DNA of 64,000 bases from a virus (Duplodnaviria > Caudoviricetes), in the IMG/VR virus record IMGVR_UViG_3300042361_000498. The stretch is one strand, 5' to 3'. Position 1 is the first letter of the stretch. Each line of letters begins with the position of its first letter. This document shows, piece by piece, positions 35,775 to 44,758 of the stretch. A program made the translations under genes and the position numbers. A model generated the notes under the pieces. It made no database searches and was not told where the DNA came from. It saw only the letters and a program-made list of their open reading frames with translations.

Positions 35775-37400
35775 ATGAAAAATTTCTTATTGGCTGTGGT
35801 ACTTTCATTGGTATCACTTACATCTTTTGGTCAATTGATTATTAACCAAGAGGTAGTAAACTCAAAACCTTATAGAGTTGGTGATACACTAACTATAAGA
35901 TATAACATTATCAAAGGAACTACAAACCCTAGATACCTTTGGATGCGTTATCAATACTCAAACAAACACTTACAAAAATTAGGTCAAACTGTATTCTCAC
36001 AAGGACAAACTGCTCAAAACTTTGAAGCAACTTGGCCAAATTATATGTTTGGTCAAAATCCTACAATCGGAGTTGGTGAATTGGATAAACAATATGGTTC
36101 AACACCTTGGAACTATACCGCAAACAATGATTGGATAGCAAAGCAATTTACAACCCAAAGAGCGGATGCGGTAATTGATGGATTATGGGCAACTGAAAAG
36201 TATATCTTATTAGAAAATACATCTTATCAAGCAATACACAAATTGGATTTAGCAACTGCAACTGGAACAAACGATGCGGCAATCACACCAATTGGTTCTC
36301 AAGTTCTTCAATTATCATTTGCTACTGGAGATGTAAAATACGTTGCGGCATTTAGAGTAAAAGTTGGGTATCCATCCGGATTTAACCCTACATCATTATC
36401 TGTTTTAATTCAACCATTGAATACAGATGGAACTACTAATTTTACTGCTCCACAAATAGCAAAGAAAGCATTAAACTCAGCAGGAATTGCAGATTTTGAA
36501 CAATTTAACATTGGTGATAAGTTTGGAGTATATATTGTTCCAACTACTGGAGCAGATTACCTAAACAATGTGGTAACTGTTACGGATGCTTATAGAGCAT
36601 TCTTAGCAGTAACCGATGTTGGATTAAATGGAACATCATCAGTATTCCAGTATCCTGCAATTGAAAAGGTGATTGGTAATGTAACAATTGGTGATGGTGA
36701 TTTTAATACAAATGATGCTTATTATTTATTTGCACACATTTTAGGACAAGATGTTGCTTCAAAGGCAAATATAACAAGACAAGCGGCAAATCCATTACAA
36801 TTTATATCGGTAAAACAATCGGCATTTCCAAACTTTGCAGCTGCGGCAACTAACAATTCTGTTACTATTGCATCGGCAAATCAAACAGAATTGTTCTCTT
36901 ATGCGTTTAGTGGTGATTTGGATTTCTCTCACTCATCTAACCCTGGTAACCCAATAACGGCAAATAGTGTAGGTGGACAAGGAACAATGAATAGAACGAT
37001 AGCTAACACAGGTATCTACGCAAATCAAGTTACTAAAACTGCAACATTAAGTTTATCATCTAAAATTGAAAACAACAAAGTTATCCTAAGTGGTAACTTA
37101 ACACAAGAAGGATTGGCAGGTTTGGAAGTTATTTTGAAATACGATGACTCTAAATTAACTTTGGATGGTATTGTATTTGATGCTGGTTCAACTGTAACTA
37201 ACTTCTCAACTAACAAAGATGGTAGATTAACATTTGGTTCTATGGACCAAATTAAAACTGGTAGAATTAAAACTGGTACACCATACAAATTAACTTTCAC
37301 ATCTAATGTTCCTTTAACAAATACCGCTGGTTTATTCTATACTGAATTAGCAGATGCAGTTGATGGAAAAGGAAATAAGATTGGATTAAATGTAGAGTAA
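35775..37400 (+). CDS. Secreted protein with dockerin-like duplicated module and cohesin-like domain
   Basis: Signal peptide; VTVTDAY...GDGDFNTNDAYYLFAHILG...GDLDFSH; LAGLEVILKYDDSKLTL. Confidence 0.65.
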   Translation: MKNFLLAVVLSLVSLTSFGQLIINQEVVNSKPYRVGDTLTIRYNIIKGTTNPRYLWMRYQYSNKHLQKLGQTVFSQGQTAQNFEATWPNYMFGQNPTIGVGELDKQYGSTPWNYTANNDWIAKQFTTQRADAVIDGLWATEKYILLENTSYQAIHKLDLATATGTNDAAITPIGSQVLQLSFATGDVKYVAAFRVKVGYPSGFNPTSLSVLIQPLNTDGTTNFTAPQIAKKALNSAGIADFEQFNIGDKFGVYIVPTTGADYLNNVVTVTDAYRAFLAVTDVGLNGTSSVFQYPAIEKVIGNVTIGDGDFNTNDAYYLFAHILGQDVASKANITRQAANPLQFISVKQSAFPNFAAAATNNSVTIASANQTELFSYAFSGDLDFSHSSNPGNPITANSVGGQGTMNRTIANTGIYANQVTKTATLSLSSKIENNKVILSGNLTQEGLAGLEVILKYDDSKLTLDGIVFDAGSTVTNFSTNKDGRLTFGSMDQIKTGRIKTGTPYKLTFTSNVPLTNTAGLFYTELADAVDGKGNKIGLNVE

Positions 37401-39334
37401 TGAGAAAACTACTTGTTGTAATATTAATATTATTATCCAGTAGTATATCCATAGCACAATCCATTACACAACCGCTCTCTAAAAAGTTTGAATTAAACGT
37501 AAGTGGGCAGGCGTGTAGTGGATTTGTTTTGAATGGGTTTACTTCTACTGATATTTTATTGGCATCAATAGGGTTTATCAATCCACCCGCGGGTACAACA
37601 TTTAACATAACCACAACAACTGGTTTAACACCAGCATCTGGATTTACTTTAACTGGTAATAAAGCTAGATTAGTATTTACAGGTACACAAGCAAACATAA
37701 ATGCAGCATTAGCAACGTTAAGAATAAATACAGGTACAACTGCTGGTAGTGTTCAGATATCGGTATCGGCAACTGTAAATCCACCAGGATATTATTATAA
37801 TCCAATCAATGGACACTTTTATTTACCAGTAACTCCGGGAGCATCTTATACGGCAGCTAGAGCAGCATCTCTATTAACTACATTTAAAGGTCAAACGGGA
37901 TATTTGGTAACGATTACTTCTGCCGATGAAAATGCATTTATATTTGCTAATGTACCACAAGCTAATATATGGTTTGCGGCAACGGATGAAGTTAAAGATG
38001 GAACTTGGGTAATTGATGCTGGGCCTGAAAAGGGAACGATAATGAAAACATCAAATGGACAATTTACAGGAAACGTTTCGGATGTGTATAATAACTGGGC
38101 ACCTGGTGAACCAAATGGAAATAATGGTAGCGAAAATTATGCGGTAACAAATTGGAATGGACAATCAACTTGGAACGATTTATCAAATAATTGGACTAAT
38201 CCATACATAATTGAATATGGAACTTGGACTAACCCTAGTGCACAAACATTTACAAACTTCTTTTCGGCAAACGTAATAAACCCAATAGATGTACCAACCT
38301 CAAAGGTTAATTTTTATTTTGGTGGTGGTATAAATCCAGCACAATGGACAGTAAAAAGCTATACTGCAAATGGTACAACTGCTGTAAGTGCAACTACTGG
38401 TTTAGCTTTGGGAGCAAATGGTAGTGTAAATAACATTAGTGATTTTAACAAAACTAAAACGGATATGGTAATGTACCTATCCAAATTACCATCTACTACA
38501 TTATCTAATTTGTATGGAAGTGTATTAACTGTGGGAGATGCTTATTTAGCATTTCAAGAGTTAGCAAATAGAGGATTAAGTGGAACTGAAAGTAATACTT
38601 TTACAAGTGGAGTACAATTCTTAAACGCAGATGTGGATGGTAATAATATATTTAACGAATTGGATTCATATAGAATATTACAACACGTTATAGGTGGTAC
38701 ACCAATAGTTTCAACTTGGAGTGAAGATAATTTATTTAGGTTAATAAATAAAACTACATTTGATGGGATAACCAAAGCAAATTGGGCAACTATAAATGTA
38801 CCATACAAAGCAAACTATCCATTGGCAGTTGATGCTGGTATAAGTGATTATGTTTATAATGTGGTTGTTGCACCAAAGGGGGATGTAAACCTTTCACATA
38901 CAATAGCACAAAATAGACCGGCAACTCAAAGTACAAATCGTACAATGAATTTAAGTATGCCTATGGAAGTATCAACCTATGTATCAAGCGAAATAGTGGA
39001 TGGTAAGGTAGTAGTAACTATAAAAGTTAATACATTGGGGCAATTGGTAAAAGGGATTCAATTAAAGTTAAACTATGATAGTGATATTTTAAAATATGAA
39101 AATACCGAATATACAACTTCTGGTAATCCTTTAAACTTTTCAAATGATATTGGCAACTGCATAAGTTTTGGTTCTTTAATTTATAATAGTAATGGTTTAT
39201 TAAACAATAATACGGAATACAAATTAACATTTACACCAAAAGAAGTCATAACTAATACAATTGGTTTAACATCAATTGAGGGAATTGATGCGGTGAATGT
39301 GAGTGGTTCAACTCTTAAAATTAAAAACTTATAA
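37400..39334 (+). CDS. Secreted C-type lectin + dockerin-like + cohesin-like protein
   Basis: Signal peptide; NGHFY...GYLVTITSADENAFI...WAPGEPN...WNDL; LTVGDAY...DVDGNNIFNELDSYRILQHVIG...GDVNLSH; GIQLKLNYDSDIL. Confidence 0.75.
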   Translation: MRKLLVVILILLSSSISIAQSITQPLSKKFELNVSGQACSGFVLNGFTSTDILLASIGFINPPAGTTFNITTTTGLTPASGFTLTGNKARLVFTGTQANINAALATLRINTGTTAGSVQISVSATVNPPGYYYNPINGHFYLPVTPGASYTAARAASLLTTFKGQTGYLVTITSADENAFIFANVPQANIWFAATDEVKDGTWVIDAGPEKGTIMKTSNGQFTGNVSDVYNNWAPGEPNGNNGSENYAVTNWNGQSTWNDLSNNWTNPYIIEYGTWTNPSAQTFTNFFSANVINPIDVPTSKVNFYFGGGINPAQWTVKSYTANGTTAVSATTGLALGANGSVNNISDFNKTKTDMVMYLSKLPSTTLSNLYGSVLTVGDAYLAFQELANRGLSGTESNTFTSGVQFLNADVDGNNIFNELDSYRILQHVIGGTPIVSTWSEDNLFRLINKTTFDGITKANWATINVPYKANYPLAVDAGISDYVYNVVVAPKGDVNLSHTIAQNRPATQSTNRTMNLSMPMEVSTYVSSEIVDGKVVVTIKVNTLGQLVKGIQLKLNYDSDILKYENTEYTTSGNPLNFSNDIGNCISFGSLIYNSNGLLNNNTEYKLTFTPKEVITNTIGLTSIEGIDAVNVSGSTLKIKNL

Positions 39335-40233
39335 TGAAAAAGTTTATAATTACTCTTATCTTTATACTTACAGTACAAATGTGGGGATATTCTCAAACTG
39401 TATCAATACCGGATACTATGCAACTATCCGCAAAGGAATTATTTGATGAAAGTGATGATTGGAATGATTTGGGTATATTAGAATCTTATATTGATTTTTC
39501 AAAAGATGTTCTATCATCATCTAATCTATCAGTTGGTATAATTGGAAGGCAAGTATCAACTACTATAAATTTAGGATATAGTAAGTGGTCTAAAAATGGT
39601 ATGTATGGGCATTCATTTTCAACATCAATAAATCCAATATGGAAATACTATGGGTTGGGTTATGGATTTAGTAAAAATACGGATAAAAGAACAACAACTT
39701 TACAATCATTTTATTCAACCGATTTTGATTTTCAAAAAGATATTAACCTTTCATTCATAGATGTTTATAGAACTAAAAAGTGGGGAACATTTGGATATAG
39801 TTTAATAGCATCAAAAACATTTTGGGGTTCTTATGAGGGAGAATGGGAAGGAAAATATACAATAGATTCGGATGGCAACTTTTTAGATTTAATATATCCA
39901 ACTATTCCTGCATCATCTCAATTAACTTATAAAGGAATGTTGATGTACACTTATACATTTAAAACAAAGATGATTGATATATCGCCACAACTATTTGGTA
40001 TGAGTGATGTTTATGTAGATTTTAAAGATGGTACTGAATCTGATTTGGCTTATGTAAATGATTTCAATTTAGACTTGTATTATGGTACATCTTTGGATTG
40101 GAAAATAACTAAGAGATTCGTATTGAATACTAACATTAGATTTAATAAGACTTGGGATAGATTATCCGAATCCGCTGGTTATAAAAAGAGTAACCCAATA
40201 ATGTTTATGATTGGAACAAACTTTCAATTTTAA
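39334..40233 (+). CDS. Outer-membrane beta-barrel protein (paralogue of the 50420 C-terminal domain)
   Basis: Signal peptide; alternating beta strands; terminal FMIGTNFQF. Confidence 0.7.
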   Translation: MKKFIITLIFILTVQMWGYSQTVSIPDTMQLSAKELFDESDDWNDLGILESYIDFSKDVLSSSNLSVGIIGRQVSTTINLGYSKWSKNGMYGHSFSTSINPIWKYYGLGYGFSKNTDKRTTTLQSFYSTDFDFQKDINLSFIDVYRTKKWGTFGYSLIASKTFWGSYEGEWEGKYTIDSDGNFLDLIYPTIPASSQLTYKGMLMYTYTFKTKMIDISPQLFGMSDVYVDFKDGTESDLAYVNDFNLDLYYGTSLDWKITKRFVLNTNIRFNKTWDRLSESAGYKKSNPIMFMIGTNFQF

Positions 40234-40236
40234 GGT

Positions 40237-40581
40237 ATGAAGTGGAGTAAAATTATAATTTGGTGTTGTGTACTTTCTATAATATCTTGTCAAAACGAAG
40301 ATATGGTAGAGCCACAAATAATTGATATTTTTAAGGTAGAGCAATCTATGGTATCAAATAAAAGTGAAATTAGTTTTAATGTGCAAAAGGAAGGGATATA
40401 CATTGTAACTATGGTAGATAAAAATACCAATCAAGTTCTAAGTAGAGAAAAAATAAAATGTATTATAGGTAAAAATAAAATAAAGGTTTATACGAAAACA
40501 ATACCAAGTCAATATTTATATTTGACATTGGAAGATAGTTTTGATAATCAGTTAGGAAAAACAACAATAACAATAAAATAA
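40237..40581 (+). CDS. Lipoprotein resembling a free-standing T9SS C-terminal sorting domain
   Basis: IISC lipobox; G.Y.V.M.D...Q...E...G.N.I...YL.L..D. Confidence 0.5.
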   Translation: MKWSKIIIWCCVLSIISCQNEDMVEPQIIDIFKVEQSMVSNKSEISFNVQKEGIYIVTMVDKNTNQVLSREKIKCIIGKNKIKVYTKTIPSQYLYLTLEDSFDNQLGKTTITIK

Positions 40582-40583
40582 AG

Positions 40584-40955
40584 ATGAAAAAAGTATTAGG
40601 ATTATTAGCAATGATTTGCATAGTTGCAAGTTGTACCAATGAAGATTTGTTAGTACCAACAACAACGGAAGTAACTGAAAAATTACAAATAGTTGGCAAT
40701 ATGGGTATTAAAGTAGAAACTCCATTTGTAAAAAATGAAGTTGCTATGAATGTAAAAGCTGAAACTGCTGGAACATATGTAGTAAAGATATTAAACATAG
40801 CAAACAAATCAGTATCAAAAGAAGAAGTAACTATAAAAGCTGGTAACAATCTATTAAAGATTTATGCAAACGCTTTACCATCTTCAGCATATAGAATTGG
40901 TCTATTCGATTTAGAAGGAAACTTACTTGGGATAGCAGATTTTAACAAGTTATAA
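40584..40955 (+). CDS. Lipoprotein resembling a free-standing T9SS C-terminal sorting domain
   Basis: VASC lipobox; GTYVVKILNIANKSV...AGNN...NALPSSAY...FDLEGNLL. Confidence 0.55.
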   Translation: MKKVLGLLAMICIVASCTNEDLLVPTTTEVTEKLQIVGNMGIKVETPFVKNEVAMNVKAETAGTYVVKILNIANKSVSKEEVTIKAGNNLLKIYANALPSSAYRIGLFDLEGNLLGIADFNKL

Positions 40956-40982
40956 TTAAAACAAATATAAATAAAGAATAAA

Positions 40983-41312
40983 ATGTCAGAGGAAACAGAA
41001 AACTCAGGAGGAGGTTCATTAAAGAGTATTTTAATTGGACTTGCTAGCACAATCGCATTGGGAGTTGGTGGTTATGTAACCAAGCAACTAACAGGTGAAA
41101 AAGATGAACCGGCAGCAGCAACATCAGCACCAGCACCGGTAATTAACATTACTAACTCAAACCAACAATCACAGAGAGCAGCCGGAGGCGGTGGAACTAA
41201 AGTGATTGAGAGAGTAATAGAAAAACCAGCAGCTCAAACTCAACCAGCACCTGCTCCTAAACCAAAGAAAAAAGAAGGAGACGAGTTCAAAGAAGAAAAA
41301 CCTCAATGGTAA
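40983..41312 (+). CDS. Single-TM protein with Pro/Ala-rich tail
   Basis: ILIGLASTIALGVGG; PAPAPKPKK. Confidence 0.65.
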   Translation: MSEETENSGGGSLKSILIGLASTIALGVGGYVTKQLTGEKDEPAAATSAPAPVINITNSNQQSQRAAGGGGTKVIERVIEKPAAQTQPAPAPKPKKKEGDEFKEEKPQW

Positions 41313-41318
41313 TATAAT

Positions 41319-41654
41319 ATGGAGAATCAACAACCTGATGGATTTAAGCAACTCTTAAATCAAATGATGAAACGTAGGTGGTTAATTACATTAATTGTGT
41401 TAATTACTTTTATGTTTACTACATTTGGAATTATGATTTCTATTCATATAGATACGGCTGTTGGACAAGAATGGAAAGAATTATTACTTTTATTATTAGG
41501 GGCATTTATTGGTTCTTATGGTAAAATTATAGATTACTGGTTTTCTGATACTGATAAAGATAAGATGTTAGTTCAGAAAATGGATGAAGAAGATGGAGTA
41601 TCTCTTTCAAATACCGGTGGAGCAGCAGAATCATCGGAAGAAGAATTAGGTTAA
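41319..41654 (+). CDS. Two-TM membrane protein (holin-like)
   Basis: Two TMs; GAFIGSYGKIIDYWF; ends EEELG. Confidence 0.6.
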   Translation: MENQQPDGFKQLLNQMMKRRWLITLIVLITFMFTTFGIMISIHIDTAVGQEWKELLLLLLGAFIGSYGKIIDYWFSDTDKDKMLVQKMDEEDGVSLSNTGGAAESSEEELG

Positions 41655-41728
41655 ATTTTATAATAATAAGTTATACCCAAATACGTTTTAATAATTGGTT
41701 ATATAAAATAACAATTAAATAAAAGATT

Positions 41729-42016
41729 ATGGGATTTTTTAAAGAATTATTCAGCGATGATAACCAAATCAATGAGAAATCAGTAGTTGGATTCGCATCA
41801 TTCGCAGTAATGGTAATATGTATCGCTGTTGATTTAGTGACTGGATATTTGGGAAAAGAATTAGTGATTAACGAATATGTGTTTAACGCATTTCTAACAC
41901 TAACATTAGGTTCATTTGGTATCGGTTCAGTTGATAAGTTTATCAACAAAAAAGCAGAAAACGATAAAGCTAAAATTGAAGCAGATAGTTCAACCGATGA
42001 GGAAGAATTAGGATAG
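41729..42016 (+). CDS. Two-TM membrane protein
   Basis: Two TMs; ends EEELG. Confidence 0.6.
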   Translation: MGFFKELFSDDNQINEKSVVGFASFAVMVICIAVDLVTGYLGKELVINEYVFNAFLTLTLGSFGIGSVDKFINKKAENDKAKIEADSSTDEEELG

Positions 42017-42017
42017 T

Positions 42018-42052
42018 AAAAAAGGGAGAAAGTTTTTTTCTCCCTTTTTTTT
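42018..42052 (+). terminator. Intrinsic terminator directly followed by the late motif
   Basis: AAAGGGAGAAA...TTTCTCCCTTT followed by T-tract. Confidence 0.8.
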
Positions 42053-42084
42053 ATATTTATACATAAACAAAAACAAATTTATGT

Positions 42085-42804
42085 ATGAAAAAATTATTAG
42101 GATTATTAAGTTTATGTTTGTTAAGCAGTGTTGCAATAGGACAAACGGTAGGTAAAACTCAAACGGAAAACTATAAAGCATCGTTTGAAACCAAAGTAGA
42201 CATTAGTGAGTTAATGGATTATGATGGACCTACTATTCCAGTACAAATACTTAAATGTGGAATCAGCGATGAAATTTTGGAACAGTATCCGGAACTTAAA
42301 GAGAAGAAGGTGGGCTTGGGTGTTGCTAATATATCTATGGAATACCTTGAAAATCTCAATCGTTTTACTTTTACTGAAGATAAGACAGAGCTGAAAAACA
42401 GAATGGTGAAGCAATTCCAAGCTTCTCAATCGGGTATCACTCAAGACAAATTAGATGGTAGAGGTAAAATACGTTTAGCGCATTACTTTGTTACAATCGA
42501 AGTATATGATTTCTCCGTTTCCGAAGATGAGACAGTTAATCTAAAAGATGGAGTAAAGAATAAGATGGTTACTCGTCTGGGTTTGCAAGTTCGTTTTACT
42601 GATGCCGAAACTGGTGAAGTATTTGGAGCAAGTGGTTTAGGTGAAGCAACTACAACCAGAGAGTTATCTTTAATATCAGATGCAACAATTGATGATGTTA
42701 AATTTAACCAATCAACAATCGGAACATCTACAAAGAAAGCATTAGATATTGCTTGTAGTAGAATTCTTCTTCGTATGATTAAGAAGGGGAAGTTCCCAAA
42801 ATAA
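42085..42804 (+). CDS. CsgG/HfaB-family-like exported protein
   Basis: Signal peptide; GLGVANI..EYLENLNRF...E; VTIEVYDF; GLQVRFTDAETGEV. Confidence 0.7.
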   Translation: MKKLLGLLSLCLLSSVAIGQTVGKTQTENYKASFETKVDISELMDYDGPTIPVQILKCGISDEILEQYPELKEKKVGLGVANISMEYLENLNRFTFTEDKTELKNRMVKQFQASQSGITQDKLDGRGKIRLAHYFVTIEVYDFSVSEDETVNLKDGVKNKMVTRLGLQVRFTDAETGEVFGASGLGEATTTRELSLISDATIDDVKFNQSTIGTSTKKALDIACSRILLRMIKKGKFPK

Positions 42805-42810
42805 TTTATT

Positions 42811-43551
42811 ATGACAAAAAGAGAAGTAGTATATAATGCTAGTTTAGCAGTATTAGCTTATTCCCAAAAAGAACAAATTAAGTGGAGTGATTATGGGTTA
42901 GAGTTAGTGAAGTGGATTGAGAATAAAAAATCAGATACACAGGGTTTTGTAGCAACAAGAGATAAATCAATCTATGTTGTATGGAGAGGTAGTGAATCAA
43001 AGAAGGATTTCCAAAACGATGCTTCAATTGATAAAGTACCATTCTTAAACGAAGGTGAGAAAGTTCACATTGGATTTAAGAGTTGTTGGGAATCGGTAGT
43101 AGGTGATACCTATGATGCAATTGATATTGCATTAGAAAACCTACAAGGAGAAACTACGGATATTGTAGTTTGTGGACATAGTTTGGGTGGAGCAGTGGCA
43201 ACATTGTATGCACACTCAATTAAAAAACACTATCCACATTACAACATTAAATCCGTAACAATTGGAAGTCCAAGAGTTGGTAACAAAGTATTCAAAGATA
43301 ATTACGATTCGTATGAGATTGATACTTTGAGAGTAGTACATAATAATGATTTGGTAACACATACACCATACATTAGATTTTACCACGTAAACTATCAATT
43401 ACGATTGGATAATAATGGTAATGTATTAAAGAGAGATACATCATTAAACGCATTGTGGTTATACCTAAAAGCATTATTTTCAGGTAAAAATATCAAAGAC
43501 CATATGTGTGATGGATATATGACTGCATTACAAAACTGGGTAGCAAAATAG
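42811..43551 (+). CDS. Class 3 lipase
   Basis: VVWRGS, VHIGF, GHSLGGA, TIGSPRVGN, DLVTHTP, KDHM. Confidence 0.92.
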   Translation: MTKREVVYNASLAVLAYSQKEQIKWSDYGLELVKWIENKKSDTQGFVATRDKSIYVVWRGSESKKDFQNDASIDKVPFLNEGEKVHIGFKSCWESVVGDTYDAIDIALENLQGETTDIVVCGHSLGGAVATLYAHSIKKHYPHYNIKSVTIGSPRVGNKVFKDNYDSYEIDTLRVVHNNDLVTHTPYIRFYHVNYQLRLDNNGNVLKRDTSLNALWLYLKALFSGKNIKDHMCDGYMTALQNWVAK

Positions 43552-43552
43552 T

Positions 43553-43861
43553 ATGTCAACAATAAGGGTTACATTATATGAAGATGAGGAAGTATTAGTG
43601 GAATGTGATTATCTTTTCAATAAAACTAAAATTGCTATGCATATAAGTTTTAATGAGGAAGTATGGTCACATTCTTTTTTTAAACGGATGATGGATATTT
43701 ATGAGGGTATTCTTCAAAACTTTAAGAATGAGGGTTATAACGAAATATACGGAGCACCCCCAAAAGGAAATATTAAAGCAAAGAAGTTAGCACAAATGTT
43801 TGGATTCAAAGATTGGTTTGAAAACAATGAGTTATACTTAATGAGAATGGAAATAAACTAA
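43553..43861 (+). CDS. GNAT-like small protein
   Basis: N.KAKKLAQMFGF terminal GNAT-like motif. Confidence 0.45.
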   Translation: MSTIRVTLYEDEEVLVECDYLFNKTKIAMHISFNEEVWSHSFFKRMMDIYEGILQNFKNEGYNEIYGAPPKGNIKAKKLAQMFGFKDWFENNELYLMRMEIN

Positions 43862-43873
43862 ACAACTAAAATT

Positions 43874-44674
43874 ATGGGAAGCGCTGGAAAAGCAATCGAA
43901 AAGGCATTTGTAGATGCCGGAAATGCAATTAATGATAATGTTATTCAACCAATTGGAAATGCGGTGGTGGATGCGGGTAACGCAATTAATGATGCTGTTA
44001 TTCAACCAATGATTGGTGGTGTTAATACCGCAATTGGTAGTGTAGAAGATGCATACAACTATTCAGTAGCATTTGCTACCGATAGTGCACATAGAGTAGA
44101 AAGTGCAGCTTGTACTATTGCAAGTACTACCGAAGAATTTGCAAAGGTGGGGTTCGATGTGACTCAAAACGAATTTGTTCAATTATCTAAACAAGCTGAA
44201 CAACAAATCGTAGCGGGTGTTGAAATTGTGGCAGCAGGTGCGGTAGCTGCATACAATTGGGCAGATGCAAATGCTTGTACAATTGGAATAACTGCGGCAA
44301 TCTCTATGGGTTGTGTTGCAGCATTTACACCGGCTCAACCTGCTGGAGCAGCAACTTCAACCACATTGTCTTTAATGGCTACACCTGTTCTTTATACGGC
44401 AGATATGGCAGCTAAAATGGCAGTATCAACTGAAATGGGAAAAATAGTTGCTGATGGATTTTTATCAATACCCGGTGTTGGTGGAAATGTTGATACACAA
44501 TTATTAAGAAATGTATGCTCAAATTGTATCTATTATAGTTTAGATTCAGCTGCATTATGGGCAACGCCTGCTGGAGTTGGTATCGCAATCGGAGCTGCAG
44601 TAGCACCAGTTGTTGCATCTTTAGTATGTACTAGAACTTGCCCTAATGGATTTAGTAAAGCATTGGGTGCATAA
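43874..44674 (+). CDS. Ala-rich protein with VDAGNAINDxVIQP duplication and hydrophobic Cys-containing C-terminus
   Basis: Read from translation. Confidence 0.65.
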   Translation: MGSAGKAIEKAFVDAGNAINDNVIQPIGNAVVDAGNAINDAVIQPMIGGVNTAIGSVEDAYNYSVAFATDSAHRVESAACTIASTTEEFAKVGFDVTQNEFVQLSKQAEQQIVAGVEIVAAGAVAAYNWADANACTIGITAAISMGCVAAFTPAQPAGAATSTTLSLMATPVLYTADMAAKMAVSTEMGKIVADGFLSIPGVGGNVDTQLLRNVCSNCIYYSLDSAALWATPAGVGIAIGAAVAPVVASLVCTRTCPNGFSKALGA

Positions 44675-44698
44675 TACAAACTTAACAATTTGTTAATA
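44671..44698 (+). promoter_or_regulatory. Pho-box-like direct repeats
   Basis: ATAATA 44671, TTAACA 44682, TTAATA 44693: 11-bp period. Confidence 0.5.
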
Positions 44699-44758
44699 CT
44701 AAAAGTATAATTTTATTAAGGTAGTTTCCTATATATTGATGAAAATTAAAACATCAAT

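Noticed and set aside
37790-38220. C-type lectin as a diversity-generating-retroelement target
   Set aside because: No reverse transcriptase and no near-identical template repeat with A-specific mismatches seen in the window
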